Assembly (NCBI GenBank): GCA_016181305.1
Contig: JACOZN010000016.1
Span: forward strand, 1 to 24,701
Source: Candidatus Woesearchaeota archaeon
GTDB lineage: Archaea > Nanobdellota > Nanobdellia > Woesearchaeales > GW2011-AR4
Direction: 5' to 3'
Length of the DNA: 24,701 bases
Positions 17,075 through 24,700 of this stretch are shown here, one piece after another (position 1 is the first letter of the stretch; each line of letters opens with the position of its first letter). The notes under the pieces are model-generated. The model had not been told where the DNA came from. It saw only the letters and a list, made by a program, of their open reading frames with translations, and searched no databases. The position numbers and the translations under genes were made by a program.

Positions 17075-17605
17075 TTAATCCAGAAATGTTTGAAGCTCTT
17101 TTTGGTGTATTCCGGTGACTTTTGAAAGCTGCTCTAGAGAGAGATTGCTGATTTTCAAAGTTATGACAATTGCATTGCTGATTATTGCGTTCATGTTAAG
17201 CCTTAAAAAGTCATTTTCCGCCTTCATCTGCTTCACAACCATGTCAACACTGTGAAGCCTTGCCTGCAGGTCATTTAGAAAGTTGGACAGCTCAGGGTTT
17301 GTCATGACCAAATGCTCAGGCTTAACAACCTCTATTGAGGAAGGCATGTACTCAAAGCAGAAGCTTATGAGCTTTTTCGTGCCCTTTACAACCAAGTCGA
17401 GCTCAACAAACTTGCTCCAAAGCTTGCCCTGCTCCTTTATTTCAGAATAATCATCATTTAAAATTACAAGCTCAGAATCCTGCTTTATGTGCCCGATGTA
17501 CTCTTTCAGAGCAGTCTCAACGTGCTCTTTGGGCTTGCCCAAAACCTCGATGATAGTCCTGCACCTTATATGCGCGTGCTCGCCCTGTTTTTCAGCCTCT
17601 GCCAT
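17075..17605 (-). CDS. Conserved hypothetical protein (ferredoxin-like N-terminus, coiled coil, truncated wHTH)
   Basis: 'IIEVLGKPKEHVE', 'FVELDL', 'FCFEYMPSSIEV..P', 'FLNDLQARLH' match a family I recall from DPANN genomes. The C-terminal remnant IKKENDVYSLA* lies in another frame (17079-17044). Confidence 0.8.
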   Translation of the reverse strand: MAEAEKQGEHAHIRCRTIIEVLGKPKEHVETALKEYIGHIKQDSELVILNDDYSEIKEQGKLWSKFVELDLVVKGTKKLISFCFEYMPSSIEVVKPEHLVMTNPELSNFLNDLQARLHSVDMVVKQMKAENDFLRLNMNAIISNAIVITLKISNLSLEQLSKVTGIHQKELQTFLD

Positions 17606-17670
17606 AGGTTATCTGAAATATAAAGTGTTTAAAAATGTTTTTAGTTTATTTTCACAATTCAAGATTAATG

Positions 17671-18075
17671 TTAAATTTGAGGTTTCTTTCCACTTTTTAA
17701 TATTATTTTTATTAAATTCAGAACTTCTGAATTAGCAATTGCAGAAACATATACACCATCGCTATCAACAAAAAATCCCTTACCTACAAATTTTTCTGCT
17801 TTCTTTGATTGGTAATTTCCACCATACATTATTAGTGGTATATGTGGATGTCTATAATGAAATGCTATAAGTTCGCTTGCATCACCTCGCCCTGGGTGGG
17901 CTATTATCAAATCATGTTGCTCACCAATATCCTTGGCATTTTGCGTGGAATCTACATTATAACCATGCTCAATTAGAATTTTAATTACCTCCCTTAAATT
18001 TATTTCATGCTTCTGTAAATCTTCTCGTTCTAAATTGTGGTCTATAACCAAAACTGAAATATTACTCATGAACAC
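17671..18075 (-). CDS. Atypical CheY-like receiver-fold protein (AT-rich singleton)
   Basis: Alternating beta/alpha pattern: beta1 'SVLVIDH', beta3 'HDLIIAHP', beta4 'IPLIMYGG'. Probable start ATG 18069. Confidence 0.55.
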   Translation of the reverse strand: MFMSNISVLVIDHNLEREDLQKHEINLREVIKILIEHGYNVDSTQNAKDIGEQHDLIIAHPGRGDASELIAFHYRHPHIPLIMYGGNYQSKKAEKFVGKGFFVDSDGVYVSAIANSEVLNLIKIILKSGKKPQI

Positions 18076-18162
18076 TAAGTATTAGTAGTGTCTTTATAAA
18101 TATTATTCTATAGTAATATTTGTAACGAAACCTATTTAAACGCGCCATGATGCGCCTTGGTA

Positions 18163-18804
18163 ATGAGAAAAATAATCAGCTTTATTCTTTCCAAGGAAAA
18201 GAAGTTTCTCGAGATGCTTTCCAGCCAGTCTGAAATTGCTTTAGAGGCTTCAAAAATGCTGAAAGATTTTGTTGATGAATATCCGGGCTTGCAGAGAAGC
18301 GAAAGAAAATCAAGGGCACATTCAATAAAAAAAACCGGATTAAGGGCTGATGAGCTGAAAAGATCCATAGCGCTTCAGCTCGAGAGCAGCTATGCAGTTC
18401 CCGCAAACAAGGAGCACATAGCAAGGATTGCCGCTCTTCTCGGAGAGATATCTGATTTGGCAGGCCGCACGGCATTGATGCTTGTTATTTTAAGCATAGA
18501 GAGGATTGACGGCTACGCAGCAAAGATGGCTGGGATGGCGCACAGCATAATTGAGGAGACAAGCAAAGGCGTAAAAAGCCTTGGAAAGCCCAAAAATATC
18601 AAGGAGCATTGCGAAAGGATATACGGCCTCGGGGCTGAAGCAGGCGAAATCTATAATGAGGCCCTGTCTGAATTGTTTCATTTCTACAAGAACTCAATCG
18701 ACATAATAAAATACAGGGAGATTTACCGGCTTCTTAAGGCTGCCGTGGACAAGTGCAGCGAGACTGCTGAAATTCTGGAGCTTATTGCCGCGAGGCATTT
18801 TTAG
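18163..18804 (+). CDS. DUF47/PhoU-like phosphate transport regulator homologue
   Basis: All-helical; 'AD.LKR.I..QL.SS..VP...E.I..I..LL..I.D', 'IIKYREIY..L...VDKC'. TATA box (GAAACCTATTTAAA, 18127-18140) supports ATG 18163. Confidence 0.8.
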   Translation: MRKIISFILSKEKKFLEMLSSQSEIALEASKMLKDFVDEYPGLQRSERKSRAHSIKKTGLRADELKRSIALQLESSYAVPANKEHIARIAALLGEISDLAGRTALMLVILSIERIDGYAAKMAGMAHSIIEETSKGVKSLGKPKNIKEHCERIYGLGAEAGEIYNEALSELFHFYKNSIDIIKYREIYRLLKAAVDKCSETAEILELIAARHF

Positions 18805-19518
18805 CTACCTCTTCCATATCAATATTATGTTAAGCAAAACAGACAAGGTTAAAAGAAAAGCCATTATCATTCCCTTTGCCTTTTCATTGGATGACTTGTA
18901 AACAACTTCAGGTTGTTTTATCGCATATGTTGTTGCCTGCAATTGATGGCTTTTCTGATTGTTTTTATTATTGAGTTGGATAACATTATCTGTTTCTTCT
19001 CTTGCTGTTGGCTGCTTGGATTTTGTTGTTATTGCATTCTGGCTTGTTGGAGTTTGCTCTTTGCCATTTATTTTGTTATTAACCGCTTCCTGATTTTCAC
19101 TTTTGCTTTTTTTAGCCTTTGTTTCTTCATTTTTGCCTTTTATCTTTATCTCCTTAATGTCTTTGTTGTTACCCTTGTCTCCGTCATCGCACTGGACACT
19201 TACTTCTGCAATTATCTCATAGCTGCCTGGCTTGAGGTTTGGAGTGTACTCATTTGAGGTTTTTTGCCTTGATATGGGGGCGGAATTCCACGGCTTGTAG
19301 CTTTTGGCTGTTTTTCCATCTGACTTTATTTCAGCAGTGCCTGTTATGTTTGTCGGAGGCCCGTCAAGCTTTGTAGCCTTCATGCGCCACTTGAAATCCT
19401 CCTTTTCAAATTCGCTGCCATCAGCAAGTATTTCAACCTTGTAGTCGCATGCCTGCTGAGCAAAAACTCTGCAGGAAAGAAGCATTGCAAAGGCAACGGC
19501 AATGGCTAAACTCTTCAT
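18805..19518 (-). CDS. Exported, C-terminally membrane-anchored protein with Ig/CARDB-like domain
   Basis: Signal peptide, beta-rich domain ('YEIIAEVSVQCDDGDKGNN'), K/Q/T/N-rich linker, C-terminal TM helix plus WKR. Confidence 0.75.
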   Translation of the reverse strand: MKSLAIAVAFAMLLSCRVFAQQACDYKVEILADGSEFEKEDFKWRMKATKLDGPPTNITGTAEIKSDGKTAKSYKPWNSAPISRQKTSNEYTPNLKPGSYEIIAEVSVQCDDGDKGNNKDIKEIKIKGKNEETKAKKSKSENQEAVNNKINGKEQTPTSQNAITTKSKQPTAREETDNVIQLNNKNNQKSHQLQATTYAIKQPEVVYKSSNEKAKGMIMAFLLTLSVLLNIILIWKR

Positions 19519-19643
19519 TGAATGAGATTTTGCCGTATGCTATTTATTTTTTATGAAAATACCAGTTTGGCCATATTACCATTAAATAATGCTAACAAAA
19601 GTTTTAATAACAACTGCCTTATATATTTAATAGGGTGTGTTTT

Positions 19644-20291
19644 GTGGGTTTTTTGAAGTTCTTAAAGAGAGGAAAGAAGGAAAGTTCAGACGAGCTGGAT
19701 CTGCCTCCTGCACCTCCTCCATTGGAAGGCTTTGAGGAGGGCTTGCAGGATATGCCTGAACTGCCGCCTTTTGACGAGAAGATTTCAGCTCCGAAGGACA
19801 GCAGCTTTGATTTTCCTGAAGATAAAATTCCCGGCTTTGGCAAAGAGGAATTTCCTGATTTTCCGGATTTCCCTGAGCCTGAAGAGAAATTCACTGCTCC
19901 GGTAAGCGAGCAAGTGCCGCAGGCAGAGCCTATTGCAGCAATGCCGCAGCTGCCTGAGCCAGAGCCTGTGGCTCCGATGCCCGAACAAGAGGAGCCTGAG
20001 GAAAAGACAAGCTTCATGCCTGAGCCAAAAATCGAGAGGAGGCTTTTCAGCCATGAAAAAAGGGCAAGAGAAACGCCAAAAACCATCTATGTAAAGGTCG
20101 ACAATTTCAAGGCAACCCTTGGAAACATAAGCATGGCAAGGGGTAATTTGAGAAAATCAGAAGAAGCGCTTGCGAAAATGGAAAGCATAAAAAGCGCAAA
20201 AGACAAGTCATTTGACAAAATAAGAACGTCCCTTGACGACTTGCAGAAGAAGCTTGTATACGTTGATAAAATATTATTCAAAGGTGATTAA
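19644..20291 (+). CDS. Hypothetical: amphipathic N-terminus, acidic Pro-rich linker, C-terminal 65-aa coiled-coil domain (triad gene 1)
   Basis: Probable start GTG 19644 after a GGGTG SD, giving MGFLKFLKRGKKE. The C-terminal domain aligns without gaps to the next two genes. Confidence 0.8.
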   Translation: MGFLKFLKRGKKESSDELDLPPAPPPLEGFEEGLQDMPELPPFDEKISAPKDSSFDFPEDKIPGFGKEEFPDFPDFPEPEEKFTAPVSEQVPQAEPIAAMPQLPEPEPVAPMPEQEEPEEKTSFMPEPKIERRLFSHEKRARETPKTIYVKVDNFKATLGNISMARGNLRKSEEALAKMESIKSAKDKSFDKIRTSLDDLQKKLVYVDKILFKGD

Positions 20292-20346
20292 AACGAAAGT
20301 TTTAAGCACCTCCAAAATTATTAAAATTTTTGACAGGTGAGTAAAA

Positions 20347-20586
20347 ATGAGGGAGCAGAAAGGAATGCCGGTTTTCGTGAAGGTTGATGAGTACAAGGAG
20401 ATTCTCGACGTGCTCGATATGGCAAAAGCCAAGATAAAGGAGATTAGGGACACATTGGGTAGCATAAATTCCCTGCGCAACGAGGAAGACGCGGAGCTTG
20501 CCATGTGGAACAGCACAATAAATGAAATTGAGAAGAAGATAGAAAGCATAGACAAGATAATGTTCGAGCCGGAACAGGCATGGTAA
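20347..20586 (+). CDS. Hypothetical 79-aa coiled-coil protein (triad gene 2)
   Basis: GGTGA SD at 20336-20340; 'PVFVKVDEYKEIL...IDKIMF'. Confidence 0.85.
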   Translation: MREQKGMPVFVKVDEYKEILDVLDMAKAKIKEIRDTLGSINSLRNEEDAELAMWNSTINEIEKKIESIDKIMFEPEQAW

Positions 20587-20987
20587 AGGAAAAAGAGGAA
20601 GACAGCGGGCTTTTTTTCGTACAGATTAAAGAGCCTGCTGAAGTGAGGAGGAACATACTTGAAACCCTCAAAGAGATAGTTGAAGTCCTGAGGAGATTTG
20701 AGAAATTCAGGCACATAAGGCATGAAAAGCTGCAGAAAATACAGCACCTCAGGGTTTTAATCAGGCAGGCAAACAAGACGCTCGGAGTTCTGAAGGCAAA
20801 GCTGCCTCAGACGAACTTAAGAGCCACTGTTGTGAGGGAAGCCCAGCCCAGAAAAATACACCACAAAAAAAAGAAGAAGGAAAAGCACGCCGAGCCTGAG
20901 AAAGCTCCGAAAAAAGAAATGACTGAAGCGGAAAAGCTGGAAGCAGAGCTTAATGCCATAGAAAGCAAGCTCAAGAATCTGGCTTGA
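20580..20987 (+). CDS. Hypothetical coiled-coil protein with basic/charged tail (triad gene 3)
   Basis: Overlaps gene 2 by 7 nt; 'FFVQIKEPAEVRRNILE...LKAKLP'; C-terminal helix 'EKLEAELNAIESKLKNL'. Confidence 0.85.
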   Translation: MVKEKEEDSGLFFVQIKEPAEVRRNILETLKEIVEVLRRFEKFRHIRHEKLQKIQHLRVLIRQANKTLGVLKAKLPQTNLRATVVREAQPRKIHHKKKKKEKHAEPEKAPKKEMTEAEKLEAELNAIESKLKNLA

Positions 20988-21027
20988 AAGGATCGTTCAA
21001 TAAAAAATAACGCAAATTAATTCTGCA

Positions 21028-22083
21028 CTAACTGGTCCACTGGCTTGCGTCTGTTGTGAATACAAGCCTTTTTGTGCTTGTCGCTGAGAGAACTATTGCA
21101 GTCGATGTTTCGTTTATGTTGAAATTGGTGCTTGTCAGGTTGCCGGCAAGCCTTATATCCCCTGAAACCTCTAATTTTTCAGAAGGGGTAACAGTGCCGA
21201 TGCCAACCATGTCAACAGAGCCGTCAACAAACAATGTATTTGTATCAACAGTCAAGTTTTGATTGGATTGTATGAACAACGGAAAGTTGATATCAAATCT
21301 TTTGCTGGTGCTGTCCCACTTCAAGACGGCATTTGTTGTGGGAGTGCCCCTCTCAAAAATCAGCTCTACATCTCTTGCATCGTCGCCGGAGTAATTTGAA
21401 TTCAAGACAAATGTAGGCGAGATTGTACCTCCCAATGAGACATTGCCGGTTACGCTTAAATTGCTTATTGTTGCCAAGTCGATGTAAGCCCTCCTCCAGA
21501 AGTTAGTTGCCGAGCCTAAGTCGATATTATTAGCCTGAGGTATGAGGTTGGTGGTAAACTGCCCATTTACCGCTATGGTGTCAGTGCTTGCGTCGCCAAG
21601 CGCAATATTGTCAGTAACATTCAAGGTGCCGTTTATCCTCAAAAATGATGAATCGCCTGTGCCGATTGTCGAATTAAGGTCCAGCAACTCGCTTGTGTTA
21701 CTCCTGAATGAGTATGGAGCAGACGTAAGGTTAATCCTTGGCTTGCTTTCATTATCACCGCCAACTGTAATGCCAAGGTAGTATGGGTCAGCAAAGCTGA
21801 GATTTATGTTTGGCAGTATGACATCATAAATTCCATTTGCGTCAGTTGTTATGTTGTAATCCACAAGCTGCCACAAAATGCTGCCGTCAGTAAAAGAATC
21901 ATAAATCCTGAACGTGAAGTTGAACGTTCCAACCTGTGAAGCTCCGCTTGGATTTGTCAGCTTTCCCTGCAAAGTCAATGAGTTTGGAATGGCAAAGGCA
22001 AATGTTGCAAGCGACAGGAATATGACTATCCACAAAATTGAAAATGCCAATTCCCTCTTATTTTTTAAACTATTTTTTTCCAT
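21028..22083 (-). CDS. Secreted beta-rich surface protein with tail-fibre-like repeat
   Basis: Signal peptide; N-terminal 'LQGKLTN..FNFTFRIYD..G..LW..NGIY..YYLGITV..PR..LTSAPYSF' domain; 'TNTLFVDG..MVGIGTVTPSEKLEVSG'; many N-x-S/T sequons. Confidence 0.8.
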   Translation of the reverse strand: MEKNSLKNKRELAFSILWIVIFLSLATFAFAIPNSLTLQGKLTNPSGASQVGTFNFTFRIYDSFTDGSILWQLVDYNITTDANGIYDVILPNINLSFADPYYLGITVGGDNESKPRINLTSAPYSFRSNTSELLDLNSTIGTGDSSFLRINGTLNVTDNIALGDASTDTIAVNGQFTTNLIPQANNIDLGSATNFWRRAYIDLATISNLSVTGNVSLGGTISPTFVLNSNYSGDDARDVELIFERGTPTTNAVLKWDSTSKRFDINFPLFIQSNQNLTVDTNTLFVDGSVDMVGIGTVTPSEKLEVSGDIRLAGNLTSTNFNINETSTAIVLSATSTKRLVFTTDASQWTS

Positions 22084-22612
22084 TTTCCTTTTTCCTTGCC
22101 CTGCTGTACACTGTCCAGATGTTTGCCGGGTTTTTGTTCAGAAGCTGGGCAATTTTTTTGTTGCGCATTTTTTTGATGTCTTTTAGGTAGCTGGTAAGGG
22201 CTTCGAGAATGCTTTTTTCAGAGTTGAATATGGAAACAGGGACAGAGATGCTGTCGTTTATGTCAAACGGCGACGGCATCTTTTTAACGGCCCTTTTGTA
22301 GTTTGCCCACAGGCTTCTTTTATCTCTGCCAGTTAATTCAGAGATTTCATGATAATTCAGTTCATGCTTTTCCTTCAGAAATTTTGCCAATGCCTCTGCA
22401 GGGCTAAGCTTGCCTGCGAATATTGAAACAGGGACAAGCAACTCATTGTTGCCCAGCTTGAGGAGTTCCTCGTGAGAATAATTGTACTTTTGCTTCAGCC
22501 TCTCTGTAATCTGGCTGAACATGCCTACAAGAAATCTTTCTTCGGGGTTAGCACTATGGTTAAATTCGCTTGAATCACCTATTTTTTTATTAAAATCCAT
22601 ATTATTATACAT
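22070..22612 (-). CDS. Tandem-duplicated HTH DNA-binding protein
   Basis: Two ~53-aa repeats: VPVSIF..LS..EAL..FLK..LNYHEISEL.GRD.RSLWANY.RA.KK and VPVSIF...SILEAL..YLK...NKKIAQLLNKNPANIWTVYSRARKK. The start may be ATG 22600. Confidence 0.85.
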   Translation of the reverse strand: MYNNMDFNKKIGDSSEFNHSANPEERFLVGMFSQITERLKQKYNYSHEELLKLGNNELLVPVSIFAGKLSPAEALAKFLKEKHELNYHEISELTGRDKRSLWANYKRAVKKMPSPFDINDSISVPVSIFNSEKSILEALTSYLKDIKKMRNKKIAQLLNKNPANIWTVYSRARKKENGKK

Positions 22613-22853
22613 TAATTTAGATTAATATACTTATTTAGATACTAATATATAAATCTTTTGTTTTTGCAGCAAAATAACAGCGAAAATTCGCATTTTATAC
22701 CAGAAAAATTGATTTTTGTGTTTTTAAGAGGGATATAGAATATAGCTTAAATTTCCATATTGAAGATAAATTGTACTTAGCCTGTGTTATAATAATCTGT
22801 GTTTGAAATTCAGACTAAAATCTGGCAGAATAAAATCATTTTTTGTGTTATTT

Positions 22854-23654
22854 TTACCCTATTTTCAGCACTATGCTTCCATTAATGATTGAGACTTTGC
22901 TTAATATTTCTGAAATCATTTCCAATTGCTGAGGTGACAATTGCTGTGGCTGTGTTTTTTCGAATTCTTCTTCTCCAAGCTCTTTTATCTCTTTCCTCCT
23001 GAAAGTGATTGATTTTTTTATTTTTTCTTCACTTATCTTTGTCCTTTCTTGTATCTCCTTAATTACCTCATCTTCATCGCCAGAGTTTATTGTTATCTTA
23101 TTTTCATTTAATTCATTAACTACATTTGCAGTTATCAGATTGGAAGACACATTTCCAATGATATTCTCATTTATCTCAACATCAGTTATTTTATTTATTT
23201 CATCAACAACAGCAATTATTTCAATGCCTTCCTTCCTTTCCAAGTCAAGCCTTGTGTTGTTGTAACCTTTCCTTACAGCGCTTATGAGCCATGCAAACGG
23301 AATATTGCTGTTTTTGTTCCTGCCCTTCACAATGAAATACTCTTTTGCTTTTTCTGCAACATAAATTCCTGCTGTGTCAGCTTCTGGCGTCAGATAAACC
23401 TGGTAATCAGGCTCAACAGTCTCAATGAAGATTGGGTCCAAGGAAATGTTTGCAATTCCATTGCTTAATCTGGCCCTTCCCTCATCATAAAACCTTATAT
23501 CAGGAGATTCCATTGCATAAAGCTTTCTTGTTCCATAAGTTGTGTTCACAACTGCTGACTTTGTTCCAGTGGCAGAGAAGTTGCCTGTGATTGTCAAAGT
23601 GCTTGCTGGAGTTGTAGTGCCGATGCCGACGTTACCTGCAGATGTGATACGCAT
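22854..23654 (-). CDS. C-terminal part of a large tail-fibre-like surface protein (frameshift fragment)
   Basis: GNVGIGTTTP repeat, then 'TKSAVV.T.YG.R.LYAMESP...F.D.G...L.NG...I.LDPIFIETV...YQVYLTP...F.W...AVRKGY', which resembles phage tail C-terminal domains. The frame stays open upstream past 23735. Confidence 0.75.
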   Translation of the reverse strand: MRITSAGNVGIGTTTPASTLTITGNFSATGTKSAVVNTTYGTRKLYAMESPDIRFYDEGRARLSNGIANISLDPIFIETVEPDYQVYLTPEADTAGIYVAEKAKEYFIVKGRNKNSNIPFAWLISAVRKGYNNTRLDLERKEGIEIIAVVDEINKITDVEINENIIGNVSSNLITANVVNELNENKITINSGDEDEVIKEIQERTKISEEKIKKSITFRRKEIKELGEEEFEKTQPQQLSPQQLEMISEILSKVSIINGSIVLKIG

Positions 23655-23707
23655 ATATTCAGTTCCTTCAGGAGCAGTAAGGTTGTTTGCGCCATTTCCG
23701 CGAAAAA

Positions 23708-24700
23708 CTAAGTCAGCGCGTGCCGAATATGAATGTTTCCGTGCACCTGGAGCTTTTCGGTTGGTGATGCAATTCCGATGCCGACGTTGCCTGTGTTATT
23801 CTCTATTACCATTCTTGCAGTTGAGCCTTGGCTGGTGAATAATTTTCCAGAAGTTTGGGAGTCTATATTCCACCTCACACCACCTGTAGTGCTGTTCAAC
23901 GCCAAGCCAGAATCTGCACCTGAAATCTCTAAAACTCTGCTCACTCCAGTTCCAGAAGTTGGGTTTGTAGTCCCAATGCCGACGTTGCCTGCCTTGGTTA
24001 TCCTCATGACCTCATTGCCCGTGGTTGCAGAAACATCGTCTGCAGTATTTCGATTGAGAAAGACGAAGTCATTCACTCCGAAATCGCCGGTTCTTACAAT
24101 GCCAAACCATGACTTTCCTCCCGGCGCCACCCTTCTGGATTCAAATAATATTCCGGTATAATCGCCATCTACCTCGTTCTGATTGTATAAAACTAAATGG
24201 CTCCTGATATTAAGGCCAGCGACTGTGTTTCGTATTTCCAATTTGCCGCCTGGAGCCGTTGTTCCAATCCCAACGCTTCCATTTGTTCCATTCACATACA
24301 AAACATTGCTTAAATTAACGCTTCTTCCATCAGTTCCAGAAGCAACCTGCAATAAGTAGTTTGGCGAGGATGTGCCGACACCGATATTTCCTGAGCTGTC
24401 TATGACAGCCTGCACTGTGTTATTTGTGTTAAACCGCAATGCATGGGCTGAGCGTGTTCCTAAATCAAAGGTATTGGCTGACATCATAATACCTGCCCGC
24501 GAGCTGATATTCAGTTCTTCAGAAGCGCCTGTACGCCTTATCAGCAAGGCTTGTGTGTCAGCATTAGCCATCTGAATATGTAATTTTGTTTCAGGACTCG
24601 TAGTCCCAATCCCAACCCTATCGCCAGTAGCATCCACAAACAAAGTATTGCCATCAATCGATAAGTTCCCATCAACAGAAAGATTGCCCTTAATAGAAAC
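23708..24700 (-). CDS. Large tail-fibre-like surface protein, central repeats (5'-partial, runs off the window)
   Basis: The frame is open to 24700. Five (GN)VGIGTxxP repeats separated by variable beta-rich spacers; ends at TAG 23710-23708 at the frameshift junction. Confidence 0.8.
   Translation of the reverse strand, partial: VSIKGNLSVDGNLSIDGNTLFVDATGDRVGIGTTSPETKLHIQMANADTQALLIRRTGASEELNISSRAGIMMSANTFDLGTRSAHALRFNTNNTVQAVIDSSGNIGVGTSSPNYLLQVASGTDGRSVNLSNVLYVNGTNGSVGIGTTAPGGKLEIRNTVAGLNIRSHLVLYNQNEVDGDYTGILFESRRVAPGGKSWFGIVRTGDFGVNDFVFLNRNTADDVSATTGNEVMRITKAGNVGIGTTNPTSGTGVSRVLEISGADSGLALNSTTGGVRWNIDSQTSGKLFTSQGSTARMVIENNTGNVGIGIASPTEKLQVHGNIHIRHALT

Noticed and set aside
19619-20086. 155-aa Gly/Ser-rich antisense ORF
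   Set aside because: Shadow of the Pro/Glu-rich coding strand; no independent start signals or family features.
15812-22764. 13-bp match TTCAATATGGAAA (15812-15824) / TTTCCATATTGAA (22752-22764) in two intergenic regions, resembling a mini-ORB
   Set aside because: A 13-mer match is expected by chance in AT-rich DNA of this size. Spacing differs from the ORB consensus, there is no G-string and no cdc6/orc1 nearby.
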